The notes under the pieces are model-generated. The model made no database searches and was not told the origin of the DNA. It worked only from the letters and a program-made list of their open reading frames with translations. A stretch of 44,385 nucleotides of DNA from Nemertoderma westbladi (Eukaryota > Animalia > Xenacoelomorpha), in assembly GCA_032718475.1 (NCBI GenBank), contig JAUCBJ010001562.1, positions 1 through 44,385 of the forward strand. The letters are read 5' to 3'. The position numbers and the translations under genes were made by a program. Below, one piece after another: positions 22,655 through 35,140 of this stretch (position 1 is the first letter of the stretch; each line of letters starts with the position of its first letter).

Positions 22655-23085
22655 GTGGGCCACCTTATACTGTAAGTGTACGAACAACGGTAGCCATGTA
22701 CTGTACAGCATGCCCCAGAATGTGGCTCTATTCAAATTCGAAAACATATGTAATCATGTCAAAATTAAAATACAAAATATATGGGGTTATTTAGTTGATA
22801 AGATTACAGTTTCTAGCCAGTTTAAGAGGGGCGGGACTTAATGTATATACTGTACTGTGTCTAACATGGAGTGAGGCATGATTTGAGGTTGTTTTCAAGA
22901 GTGTCTGTATGCTTGTAAAATTGTAAAAAATTTTAAAATTTGTATGCTGATTACTGTAACAACTTGTAATCCACCTTATGTACTGTACAGCATGCCCCAG
23001 GATATGGCTCTATTCCAATTCGAAGACATGTCAAAATCAAAATACAAAATATGTGGGGTTATTTAGTTGATAAGATTACAGTCAG
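22655..23085. repeat. Local direct duplication (~22660-22810 and ~22970-23082)
   Basis: Shared CCACCTTAT...TACTGTACAGCATGCCCCAG...TGGGGTTATTTAGTTGATAAGATTACAGT. Confidence 0.75.
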
Positions 23086-23161
23086 ATAAGATAAATATTT
23101 GATGATAAAAAAATTATACCACCGGGCATCTGGGTATACTTATAGTACTGTAACATAATAT

Positions 23162-23670
23162 GCGTAAGGGAAATGGCATGGGCAGCCTTGAATAGGCTTT
23201 CCAGTATTTGGAAGTCACAGAGAATTAACCGGAAACTTAAGGCCCGATTATTTAGAGCAGCAGTAGTTCCAGTACTCCTCTATGGGAGTCCATGCTGGGC
23301 TCTAACTGCTGAGGACACCAAATCTCTGGATGGCACATTCACAAGAATGCTACGCAGGGTTCATTGTGTCAAGTACAATGCACTTGACACTAGAACAAAG
23401 TCACCTCCGCTTTGCAGGACATTGCTTTCGCCATGAGGACCAGCCAGTGCATAATCTTGTACTTTGGCAGCCTCATGGAGTGAGTAAGCATGGTGGACAG
23501 CCCATGACTTTCTTGAGACGCATCTTAAAGGACACTGGCCTTGAATATGCGGATGATCTAGCAAATGTCATGGGTGATACGGAGTTGTGGCGGCGCAATT
23601 TTGTCGACAAGCCGGCACAGCATTCTTAAAAATGTAGCTGCAATGCAGCATGCCGATCATAGTAGTAGTA
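23162..23670 (+). mobile_element. RTE LINE 3' fragment (same family as 36362-38159)
   Basis: Nearly identical to the reverse complement of 36362-36922 (AWAALNRLS.IWKS...VPVLLYGSPCW...). (AGT)n tail. Internal ~56-bp deletion at ~23383. Confidence 0.92.
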
Positions 23671-24519
23671 GCTGTGCCTTCGGGGTTGCCAATCTGTTTC
23701 GAAACGTCCGGTACCCAACTACTGCCATAATCATCGTGGCCATAGTCGTTTTCTTCATCTATATTGGGTTTCATTATCACGACCACCGTATTGCTAATGA
23801 CAAACTCTGACATCTCAATCTGTTATAGTTCTATGATAGCAAATCGATTATATTCTTAATGCATTTTATATTCATACTATAGGATAGGATAATATGTATG
23901 AGTATATGTATGAGATAATATGTAGATAGGTGAGTGTTCTGTGGTCGACGGATCCATCTGTCTGGCAAATGCGGACACAGAACCGTAGTTGTGGTGGGTA
24001 CTGCTACTGCACTTATTTAAAAATCACCCCATTTACTTTGGGTTTCTCCCCTATAATTGCAGTCAGTGGGTGATGGGTTTTTATGATATATGTAACATGT
24101 TTTAAATTTGAAAGATTTTATACTTTAAGAAAATAAATTAACTTTATTAATACATTAACTTTGTTATTTGCATGTTTTATTACGAAAAATTCAGTATGCT
24201 GCTTGTATGCAATTCATTCAGGATATTTCAGAATTATTAGTACCGTACAGTATACATATGTACATGTTCTGTATATAGTCACAGCCTACAGACTGACTGT
24301 GACATATTAATGTTTCTATACAATTATAATTGTATTTTATCTACTTAATAATAACTTGGTAGTAATAAACTTACTGTAGTTCATCAGCTGTTTTGTCTTT
24401 ATTCTACAAGACTTTAAAACAAGGTACCCTAAACTAGACTACCTTCCAAAGAGTGTATTTCCATCTCTGTTCCAAACTGATGGATGCTGTTAATGATAGA
24501 GTCGAGGCTCAGATCTAAC

Positions 24520-24740
24520 CAGAATCTGGGGTCTGGTTTTGTCATAACTGGGCCATATCCAGTCAAGCATCAGTGGCTTCTCTCCATTATCCCTTCCGAA
24601 GTACCAGATGCTACCAGTACTTCAGGATAAGAAGTCGATTATGCTATCATTCATCTATGACAAGAATATTCTCATCTATGATGTGAGAATAAGATATCCC
24701 AAATCGCAAGCGAAGGGGCAAGAAAATTGAAATCCCGAAT
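24520..24740 (+). pseudogene. pogo-like (DDE_1) transposase C-terminal remnant, copy 1
   Basis: NLGSGFVITGPYP and RKRRGKKIEIP. Inverted duplicate of ~32660-32885. Confidence 0.45.
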
Positions 24741-24749
24741 TGAAAGCTA

Positions 24750-25790
24750 ATAAGATGTCTACTCATTTTGTATATCATTTTCTGAGTTACTCTTTCTACT
24801 CTACCAATCTGGTGATCCCTATGAGCATTCCCCAACCCATGAGTAATTCGTCTGGCGACATGATTTATACATTCCAATTTTATAATAGGATGTGCTAAAC
24901 AATAAGGAGGATTATCACACATCTGGATAAATACAGCACTATTACCATCACTCAACATCTCGTATAAGACAACTTATATCGTCATTGATGCAAGGCTATG
25001 AATCTATTCCACATCTGTTTAGTGGCATGTGTCTCCATTGAAGGACTGCTTCCCGTAAAGTTTGTAGCACATTTGTGGGTGGGCACATTTGGTTTTGTGC
25101 TACATTTTCGACACATATTACAAGATTTAGACACTGCAAGACAATCCAATACTGCACCAGATATGGCTAAAATAACAAATGCAACACAGTATAAAGAAGT
25201 GTGCACAGGTTTTTGCTATGTCTCATCAAATGTTAAATGAATATTTGGAATATAATCAACTACAAAGTTGAGTGCATATCATTAGAAGCCATTTCATTCC
25301 ACAACTTTGATGCTTCATTCCTGTGGTTCCCAATAGAGTTTTTCAACAACTGAACTTATCTCAATTGTATATGTTCCATCGAATCTTTGTAACAGGTAGT
25401 TGAGATAATAAAAACTGATTACGCTATTATGAGATCCCCCCATAGCCATAAAATTCAATGCAATACGCATGTTTATTTGATGATATCCTCTTATTGAATC
25501 ACTATCAACACTTTGAAAGATGTCTTCAAAATTAGTATTGACACAGTAACTTCAGGGAAAAATAAAAACCTGGAGTGGTCTGCACACAAATTTGTAATAC
25601 ACCTTGGCAAAAATGTTGGTGTATTGTGTTAGGACATTTTATGAATGCTGACAATTCCATCATTAGACGTCCTTCAGAGCTACCAACGACTGGTCCCGAC
25701 ACCAGTACTTCTTTTATTGGTTCTAGTTTATATAGGTGCTGTGAAAGAAACACCAGAAAACAATTTTTTCCTTTTCTCTTTATCGAAATC
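24750..25790 (-). pseudogene. Mutator-like DDE transposase remnant, copy 1
   Basis: INMRIALNF; IHLTFDET..KPVHTSL...ISGAVLD..AVSKSCNMC...HKCATNFTGSSPSME; LSDGNS; KLECINHVARRI. This is the motif order of the animal Mutator-like family. Upstream boundary approximate. Confidence 0.75.
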
Positions 25791-26074
25791 CATTCTACTA
25801 TGTCACTATGTACTACTATTCTCACTATGTCATACAAACCAACAGGTGCTTTAATATTATCAGACAGTCGACCGACCGACATACAGATAGATATACAAAT
25901 ACATACATATAATACATACAAATCCGCCATAACTCGAGAAGTAAATTAGATCTCGCCAAGCAGTTTTGAGATTTAAAATTCTCATAAAATTCTGCTCTAG
26001 ATGAAATAATAAAAAAAATCACAATATTTGACCACAATTGGTATAATGAGATGTTAATAAATTCAATGAACACT

Positions 26075-26395
26075 TCCTTAATGCAGGCTTCCTTCCACTC
26101 ATAGTCTATATCAACAAACCGAATGACTTAGGACATGTGCTCATGGAGTACACCATCAGGTGTTGTATCATACATCATTCCAAAATATTTGTTGCTTTTA
26201 ATATCATTTATAATTTCGCAGCAAATTTATGGGCAAGAATATCGAGAAATTCATTTTGGATTCTGAGTGGCAAATAGGAAACCCTTTGATTATTATGTGC
26301 ATATTGAATGTGGCTGTCTAGAACGGTATCATACTTTGCTAATAACTTAAACATGCCAATAAAAGTTCCCTTATTCGCTTCTGTTGTCATTCCAA
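26075..26395 (-). pseudogene. hAT (ZMYM1/DUF4371-like) transposase fragment
   Basis: NKGTF...KLLAKYD...YL..RIQNEF, followed by KYFGMMYDTTPD...EHMS.VIRFVD. Confidence 0.8.
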
Positions 26396-27194
26396 AGATT
26401 AATTGTGTATATTTTGTTTCAGATCTGACATATCAATCAGTACTTCCAGTAAATGGTCCAGAACTATTATGAAATGAAAGAAGATTAATTGCCAATAAAT
26501 ATATTCTTAATTCAACTGAGATTACGGCAACTGATCTTGTAGAGTCATACTTCAGTAAACCGATATCTTTTCTAGCTAGAACTTGGATCTTTTGATCCAC
26601 TGGAAGATGTTTCGGTCACTTCCTTGGATTAAGTCCGACTGAGCTTCATACACATAAGTAAGATTAATTGCTTCATCTGTACTATCAGTGCCCATAGAAA
26701 CCTCTTCTGAGTATAACAGCCTAACCTTCGCTGGAGTCCAAGTCATAAGCAACAAATATATGACCAGTTGAAACAGAAATTGGTTCTATATATAAATTAT
26801 TGTCAATGCCTTGCTCTATAGTCCATGGAATTTTTAAAAAATTCACACACAAGGTTCATTAATTAATTAAGTAATTAAAGTAGTACAATATATTAGCTGC
26901 AAAGATATACAATTATAATTATCATCACAGTTACAATACTAAATACTACTGACATATTAAAATAATGCACAGACGTCGTCGACAGCACGATCATCTAGGC
27001 TTATCTGACATACAGTATTTAAATACTACTAACATACATTGCGACATTGACCATTGTCACCACATCTTACTGACCACTGACCGGGGATTCACACATACGA
27101 CGACTAGTGACTAATCAATCATTCCATTTCTGAACTTTCTTCTACCGCTTCTGTCACTCAATTCTCTCAACTAATTACTACTTACAGGACTGCT

Positions 27195-27525
27195 GTCATT
27201 AAACCATGCCTGACGCGGACATTTATCTCTTTGGGTGGGAACGACATTTGCAAATGCATGGGTTCCATCACTGAGTTCCACTCAGCCACTAACTCTAAAA
27301 TTGTATGGCTTGAGTCGTTCGCCAGAAAAAAAATGCCCAACTTAACCACCAAATGCTGGCTTGGCAATGACAATCCTACCTACAGGTAAACCTTATCTGC
27401 TAAAGGATTTTTGACCAAAACTGCAAAACCATTATAATCTAAGACAGGACAGGACGACATACACCTAAGTGACACCTCTGAACTACAACTATTCTATTCA
27501 TTACGACAGACAGCACAAGTAACCA
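27195..27525 (+). pseudogene. Possible SGNH hydrolase/esterase remnant
   Basis: FISLGGNDI (block III-like GxND) and downstream QDDIHLS (block V-like DxxH), separated by stops and a frameshift. Confidence 0.35.
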
Positions 27526-27589
27526 GCACTTTTCAGTTTGAACACAACATTTTTAATTCACTTATACGGTGCTATAAATTCATATTTTC

Positions 27590-28188
27590 AGGATTTCTGT
27601 TGCACTGATTCTAATGGAACACATTTCAAATTTGCCAGATCATTGCTACTCGTATTTTTCGGGGGAATATGGTAAATTTTGGTGCTAGCACCAAATTTCG
27701 TACCCATCACCAAAAAGTACAAGTTTGAGATGTCCTGTGCTGTTTGTATTGATTCCATCGGATTCAGGACCCTCATAAATCCGTAAAGGCAAGAAACAAG
27801 ATGATACTATATATTGATCAATTTGCTTATTTTCAAAAATTTGGTGCTGGCGCAACAATTTTCACTCACAGGTGAAAAATACAAGTTTGAAAACTCTTAT
27901 GCAATTTTTACATATTCCATTGAATTTAGAACCCTCACAAACCCGTATAATGCAAGAAACAAGGTGACACATTCAATTGATATATTTCATGAATTCACCC
28001 ACTTCCGAAAAATACAAGATTGAGATGTCTAGTTAGACAATTATTTATTCCATTGAATTCAGAACCGCCATAAACCTCTAAAACACAGAAATAAGTTGTT
28101 ACAACCAATTGAACTATTGAATGTATTTTCAAAATTTCGTGCTGGGGGTCATATTGACCCCCCCCCCCCCCCCCCGGGTTTAATAGGG
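27590..28188 (-). mobile_element. TTAA-type non-autonomous element (piggyBac-like terminus)
   Basis: Ends C(n)GGGTTTAATAGGG|TTAA (28189-28192), i.e. TTAA|CCCTATT on the minus strand like the 16675 element. Internal degenerate repeats (ATTCCAT.G.ATT.AG.ACC..CA.AAA). Confidence 0.7.
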
Positions 28189-29349
28189 TTAAAGGCTGTG
28201 CTACATAATGGAAGGTTCCATACCGTACATAAGCATTCCTCAATAATACATGCACCATGTATCTCTCTAAATCTTAAGTAAAATTATATAGAGGACATAA
28301 TGCGTTTATTTTAATACTCAGAGAAATGTAAATGTGCAACCAGTAGTGGTATATCAGTTAACAATTGAGTGCAATTGCCATTAATGATAATAAATATAAA
28401 GTCATGGGGGATAGGGAGTTGTGACTTTGCAACTTTGTTGATAAGCCAGCATATCATTCTTAATGCATGCTGCATTGGGCTTGCCAGTTGTGGATTGCAT
28501 GGTGGTGACTGACAAAATGTTTTTGTTAAGTTTATGTCAATGTGGTCAATGCTAAGTGGTGCCTGGTGCAAGTTAAAATGCCTATTGCCCAGCCTCAAAA
28601 CAATATGGCTTATACCCATGAGTCATATGTTACTGGATGGATTATCCACAAGATGAAATGGATAAGACAGTAATGTATTTTTGCTGTTTGCGACACAGTA
28701 GTACAGATTATGGTAACTTCAAAATCTGTTGGGGAGTCATTTATTTATGAACGAGATGGATACTAAACGTGTGGATGGTATTGTAAATAAATGGGCAGCT
28801 CAGGATAGCGTTGAGGGGTCAGACAACCTCGAACGAAATGATATAGAAAGAGTAACACATACTGAGTGATGAAGAAGAGGAGGATCAACCAACCAACGGA
28901 GTCAGTATCAGCTGGCGTGTTACATGTCGCAGTACAGTTCCTCAGACCACCCCTGTGCTGGATGAGACCCCTTCAGTTGCTGAATCTCCCACGCCCAGAC
29001 CTGAGGTAATTACAGCGATTTAATTTGGGTAATTCAAAATCAGCATCAATGGGATAGAACACTGTTGAAGCCGGATATGAAGTTGTTCAGAAAGGCACTA
29101 TGATAATCGAAGTATGGATTTTTCAAAGGAAAATGCTGGACCCAGCAATAATACACAAGACAACACAATTGAAGAAATGGTACTGTAAGTGTGGAATTTT
29201 TTTTATGTGTGTGTTTTATTATATTATTATAAGCTGTTTTATTATATGAGCTTGCATGACATTTTGTAACCATGGGGGGATGGGGTGTCGACTTTTGCGA
29301 CAGTCACTGCGATGTTGTAGGCTTTAATGTTAGTTTGAATTTGACTTCA

Positions 29350-29583
29350 CATCAGGTGGTAGATCCCCAGGCACACAATCTATTGGTTGTAGATTCGAGC
29401 CCCACCATGGCCCCTTCAGCCTTTCATCCACTGGGGTCGATAAATTACACTAAAAACCAATACCAAATACATTAAAAACTTTAATTACTGGGAGCAATAA
29501 TTGGCCCATCCCTACCTTCGGGTAGCAGCTATCAAACGAGGAGCCTTTGGGTTGCCTCTGGCTTTGGCCGACTGTTTGCTTTG
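29350..29583 (+). mobile_element. tRNA-derived SINE, diverged copy of the 41559 family
   Basis: Shares CAATCTATTGGTTGTAG, CCTTTCATCCACTGGGGTCGATAAA, ACTGGGAGCAA, GGTAGCAGCTAT and a (TTTGC)n tail with 41559-41800. Confidence 0.75.
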
Positions 29584-29689
29584 GTTAATTTATGGAAAAC
29601 AATAAACTCAATAACATTAAGTATAATCCCCACAGTAACAGGGCACCCCCACCTGCCTTATGGGTTCGCGCTTGAATGACACTTTCTGA

Positions 29690-29950
29690 CAGATTTCATA
29701 CCCATAACCAAAAAGTACAAATTTTAGATGTCTGACCAGTGCTGTTTTTATCGATTCCATCGGATTCAGGGCCCTCATAAACCTGTATAAAGCAAGAAAC
29801 AAGATGATACTATATCTTGATCAATTTTCTTATTTTCAAAAATGTATTCACCCTCCAGCGAAAAATACAAGTTAGAAAACTCTTATACAATTATATATTA
29901 TTGATATTGACAAAATTTGGTGCTGGCACCAAAATTTGGTGCCAAATCTA
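29690..29950. mobile_element. Internal fragment of the 27590-28188 element family
   Basis: High similarity to 27695-27900 (CCAAAAAGTACAA...GATTCCATCGGATTCAGG...GCAAGAAACAAGATGATACTATAT). Confidence 0.75.
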
Positions 29951-31459
29951 AACTGCGACACCCACCCTGTGGAATTGCAAACCAGGGTGTGGTGTTTGCC
30001 CCGAGAGCTGACTCCGCAAAAAAGCACCCCCAACCCCCACTATGGATTACATTAGCATTAGGATGGATAGCATTAGGATTATAGTCTTTTTAGTTAGTCG
30101 TCATGGCAACATAATGGGAAACGATCGAAGTAAGGTCTAATGACACCAAATCAGCTACTATAAGCGGTCTCAAAGGATAGTTTGTAAGTAAACTAAATAT
30201 ACTTGTGCATGTTTGTTTATAGTATATACAGTATTTTAGTATTTCTATTTAGTGCTTTATATTTACATTTTACGTGTTCCTATCTTTTATGTTTCAGTTT
30301 ACCGGCATTAATCAACAAGGATAATATATATTATTAGTGGAATCGAAATGTTTATCTTAAATGTGTGGGTGGGGCCGTGTTATACAATGAAACACGTGCT
30401 GCTGCAGGATAGGGCCCGGGGCTCATCACAGCTCGACTGGAAAGCTTTGTGTGGTTGGATAAACTATGGAGCATCATAGCGCTGCAATAACCAGTGTTTT
30501 CCAATATAAACAGTCTTTATGTGTGTGACAGTGCAGGGTACAACTACTGCATACATGATTTTTCTTGTATCGGCATCGTATCCCATCAGCCGGTAGGAAC
30601 TCTGCAACGGGTGGCGAACTCTGCCATGCACTGGTTTCCTTACATTGTTGTTCTCCATATCGATTCCTTAAATAGTTGTATTTATATTGTATATAATTCT
30701 GCACCATCCACCCACATCTGTTTATCCCAATTAAAAATACAATGGCTTGGCAATTTGATTGTAGTTGCTTCTAGAGTACAAATTGCGTGCCCATGTTAAT
30801 GCGTTTGATTAATGAGACGAATAGAGCAACACAGAATCCCAAATAGTGTTAACAATACTGTTGTAAATTTGTTAAAATGCAGCAGAGATCCTCTTTAGTA
30901 ATCGCAATGGAATAGGCATTGAGTATAAACACAAATCTATGAATTGAGAGCCATCAGTGGAATAAAAATATGTGATAGCTACCGCAGTTACCACCTCTGC
31001 TTGCAATCATGTGAGCTGCCACCTTGCAATCATGTGAGCTGCCACATCACGATTTTCACAACCTTTTTCACCATGCATTCTAGAAGACAAACCATATATC
31101 TCTACAGCACCCAAATGGAAGACGATATGGGATCTATCTTGTGCAAAACAGCATTAGCTCTGTTTAAACCTCCATTAATATTGCATTGAGTCCTCAATAA
31201 GGAATTGATCATCCTGTATCCTGAAAGTGGGAATTCTCTAGGAAGTTTAGCAACGGTTTAGCAATTAGTTTTATCATGAAATAAATCATTTTGATCACGA
31301 TTTAATTAATTTTATTGCGATTTAATTAATTTTATCGCGAATAAATTAATTTTTTTCGCAATTTAAATAACAGAATTCTAATGAAGAAACAAAATATCTA
31401 ATAAAAATACCAACCTTATGCCATATGTAATATAACTATCACAATTATACCATACATTA

Positions 31460-31680
31460 TATATTCACGTTACCTTTTCTGGGATTTACCTATCGGGTAT
31501 TCCCCATTAATACTCATATATATAAAGACCCTCTACTCTTTCCTGTTAGTTGCTAGTACATAGTCTGATGCAGACCGGTTGGTCGAAAACGTTTACTATT
31601 ATATTTTTAATTAATCTAATAAAACCAGCTAAAGACCCTCAATATTTTATTTTATTTCTATCATCCATACACTATGATAG
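31460..31680 (+). mobile_element. Penelope-like pseudo-LTR fragment
   Basis: TATATAAAG box, then a minimal hammerhead-like motif and AATAAA. The downstream part is shared with the 40818-40990 inverted repeat. Confidence 0.6.
31560..31599 (+). ncRNA. Minimal type I hammerhead ribozyme-like motif (variant core)
   Basis: ATAGT-CTGATGCA-GACC GGTT GGTC-GAA-AACGTT-T-ACTAT: stem I ATAGT/ACTAT, stem II GACC/GGTC, palindromic stem III. The core reads CTGATGC rather than CTGANGA. Confidence 0.55.
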
Positions 31681-31859
31681 ATTCAATCAGACAGACAGAT
31701 TCACGCTCTGGCCAGCTCAGATCCCCTGTGATAGCGTGATGCCAAAGCGAGTTGTTGTACCACCTCATCCTCCTCCTTCATCCGAAACTGTACCAACATC
31801 TAAATCCTATAGATGTCTTAATGGAAGACATTTGGAAGATGTCTTACAATAACTGCATG

Positions 31860-32455
31860 GAAATTAAGTCCATGAACATAAAATTATAGCTAATATCGAG
31901 TATCAATATCCTTTGATTTGTGAAGAATGTGGTGGTTACACCAAAAGTTATCCTAAGTTATTTACACCAGCTAATAATGAAACATAACTTCTTTCATTAA
32001 TGGAGAATGAAGATATGGCAAAGAGCTTGACCAGGCTCGGTGGATACACTTAGAGACATGGTGTATCGCCAGTTCGGCAGTTTGTTAACACAAGACTTTG
32101 TGCGACAAACTTCTTATACAGGAAGGGGAAAAAATAAAGAACAGAAGGAGTTGTCCCTTATTAAGATAGGTATCATGGATGAATTGTGTAAAGTGGTATA
32201 TGTGGAATAGATCCGTAGCTTGCATTAATGACGATATACTGAGATGTTGAGCGATGGTGATAGTGCTGTATTTGTCCAGATGTGTGATAATCCTCCTTAT
32301 TGTCCAGCACATCCTATTATAAAATTGGAATGTATAAATCATGTCGCCAAAAGGATTACTCATGGGTTGGGGAATGCTCATTAGGATCACAAGATTGGTA
32401 GAGTAGAAGAATTAACTCAGAAAATGATATACAAAATGAGTAGATGGACTTGGGC
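31860..32455 (+). pseudogene. Mutator-like transposase remnant, copy 2 (inverted relative to copy 1)
   Basis: MWNRSVA...MLSDGDSAVFVQMCDNPPY...KLECINHVAKRI. 32195-32445 matches the reverse complement of 24755-25020. Confidence 0.75.
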
Positions 32456-32469
32456 TTCTTATTCGCTTT

Positions 32470-32885
32470 CACCTCTGCTTAGGTTTAGGGCCAGCTGATT
32501 TTCTTGCCTGAGCAGCATCTTGAACTTTCTCGGACCTTTCAGATGCTTTATTATCCTTCCATACCTGGACCTTCTTTGCTCTTTCTTCATATTTTTCTTT
32601 CTTTGCTTTCTCTGCCTCATCAAGCTGCCATTTTACTCTCTACAGAAACTGATTGCCCAGCAGGGATCTCAATTTTCTTGCCCCTTCTCTTGCGAGTTGG
32701 GATATCTTATTCACATCATAGATGAGAATATTCATGTCATAGATGAATGATGGCAGAATCGATTTCATCAAGGATCCTTCTTCAAGTATCCATCAGGTAC
32801 TTCGGAAGGGAGAATTGAGAGAAGCCACTGACACTTGATTGGATATGGCCCAGTTTTAACAAAGCCAGACACCAGATTATGGTTA
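32470..32885 (-). pseudogene. pogo-like transposase C-terminal remnant, copy 2
   Basis: NLVSGFVKTGPYP; RKRRGKKIEIPAGQSV; K/E-rich coiled tail (EAEKAKKEKYEERAKK). Confidence 0.5.
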
Positions 32886-33289
32886 GCTCTGAGAATCGGC
32901 TGTGGTTGAGCATCAGGGTGACTGGTGGGTTGGCGACTGCTGGGGCGTCGGTGGCAGCTAGGGGGGCGACTGGTGGGGAGACGTCTAGGGCACCAGCGAT
33001 AGGGGGGGGGGGGGGGGGGGGGTGCAGCTGCTTTGGCGACGTCCGCAAAGAGGTAGGGGGAGGTATCACCCATGCCCACGGCCATGGCGAGATGACCCCA
33101 CCCATGTCCATGACCATGGCCCAGAACAGCGCCTGAGGGTTATTTCTGCTTATATTTATTTTATCCATTAGCTGATTAGCCTGTTTCAGTATTTAGTTCA
33201 GTACTAACAACAGTCGGGGAGAAGTTCAAATTTCATTTAAAACTTTTTTTTTAATTCAACTTTTAAGTGTAAATTCGACTCTAAAATGG

Positions 33290-33644
33290 CATTTACATCA
33301 AACAGCATTTTCGGCAGGTAATTTTTCATCATCACTTAATTATCAAATTCTCACACCAATTACAGAGTTCAGTGAAAAAAGATCTTGTAACATGGGCATT
33401 GAAATCACCATTAACACTCAAATGTGTAAAAGGTACACTTTCATAAATGGAATTCACTTTCCCTTAACCATATTCCACCTGGGCTCTTTTGTCCGAGATT
33501 CCACCTGGGGTTTGGCATTATATGCCGAACAGTATATGAACATATACAATCAACACCAATATTACACATATCTTTAATTGTTTTCAGTGCAACTGGTCGT
33601 TTGACAGAGTTGCAATTATATGAGATGATTTTTAGGTTAGCCAT
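33290..33644 (-). pseudogene. LINE APE endonuclease N-terminal remnant (RTE-X-like)
   Basis: MANLKIISYNCNS and downstream VNGDFNAH...FFTELCNWC...SDDEKLP. Frameshifted. Confidence 0.6.
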
Positions 33645-33816
33645 TTGATCTACATATTATTGAGTATATAAAAATATAATGCAAAATAGAAAATATCAAC
33701 AACAATACGAAGTATAAATATATATTATTTCAATCATACTGCAGTATCATTACCAGTGGTGGTAGTAATTTCCACAATTACACTTTCGTCAAGTGGCTGC
33801 TGAAGAGTAAGTGGAT

Positions 33817-35140
33817 GATAAGATAAGATAAGATATTTTATTAAAGGGGAGACATCTCCACCTAAGTTAAAACAGCGCAAATACACTATAAAAGTCAGTA
33901 CACATATACATACATTAAAACGAAAGCACTGAATTTACAAAATAAAGACCACGAAGCGACTAATGTTTTAGCTTTAAGTAATTAATTAAATAAAATGGAA
34001 AATATCTAAATAAAAGTAATATAAAATATAAAACAAACACAATCATAATCAAAATACGGACACTTTTATAATGGACATTTGAATTATAAATTTCTATGAA
34101 ACTTGCAGTACTTGGAAAAATCACATTCACGAATTCTGCGTTTAAATAAATCGGTGCTGGACGAATTAACCACGTGACTCGGTAGTCCATTCCAAATATT
34201 GACTACAAGATTAAAAAATATATTACCGATTCTATAAGTTTTAAATTTCTGACTTCTAATTTTAAAGTTGTGACTTGCTATTTCTCGCTATAACTCGCTA
34301 TTTAGGCCACTTTGCTTATGCATAATTCTATACATGAGTACTAGGTCTCTATGAATAGGACGTAACTCGAGAGGTTCAAGTTCCAATAATTTCAATCTTT
34401 TAATCTATATAAGGTGTTTCAGTATCTAATTTACATTGATAAAAAAGGCGCCGGGTGAAGTACCGCTGTACCGCTTCTAATTTATCAGTCAAACCATAAA
34501 ACTGGTTGGCTTTAAGGAATGGATTCCAGACAGTACTACTGTATTCTAGAATTGGTCGTGTATACAATTTGTAGGATGTTAACAGAGATACTTATTGGAC
34601 GTGATAAAACATCTAAATATACGGTTTATAGATTTATACGCAGATGAAGTTATATTCATAATATGCTCAGAAAATAAAAGATTTTTATCAATGATTACTC
34701 CCAAGTCATGGAACGAGGACACGTTTTTGAGTTGCAAGCCATTATTATAGTAACAGGCTTCCTCGTGAGCATTTCCTACTGCTAAAATTTTACATTTATG
34801 GTTGGCAACTGATAATTGCCAATCATCCGACCAATTACTAAAGCTATCTAAGTCACTCTGCAACTTGTGTCTTTCCGTCACTGTGCCAAAGGAAGAAAAT
34901 AACTTTGCATCATCAGCAATTAAACGTGTGTTAACACCAGAATCAAAATTATCGCGCAAATCGTTAATATATAGCAGGAATAATAATGGTCCTGCACAGG
35001 AACCTTGATATAATGATATGCTTACATCTGACAACTGATATAATTCTAGAATAACTTGAATAATTCGACCCTATCTTAACACGCTGTGTTCTACCTATTA
35101 AAAAGTTATTAAACCACGTAAATAAGTTATAAGACGAATA
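33817..35140 (-). mobile_element. CR1-group LINE, 5'-truncated, decayed RT
   Basis: QGSCAGPLLFLLYINDL, IADDAKLF, LQSDLD..WS..WQL, DLGVIID, then RPILEY...VWNP, LEAVQRYFTR, VNIWNGLP. AATAAA plus (TTATC)n tail at 33817-33843. Confidence 0.88.

Noticed and set aside
30098-30110. Third X-box-like site (GTCGTCATGGCAAC)
   Set aside because: Imperfect half-match with no associated gene or element, so it is compatible with chance.
30400-30710. hAT-like HCxxH motif (TLHCHTHKDCL) on the minus strand
   Set aside because: A single short motif in a Cys/His-rich stretch, with no supporting neighbouring motifs found.
32768-33168. Pro/Ala-rich ORFs as a host gene
   Set aside because: Driven by a poly-G tract and GGCGAC repeats fused to the pogo remnant, with no coherent domain.
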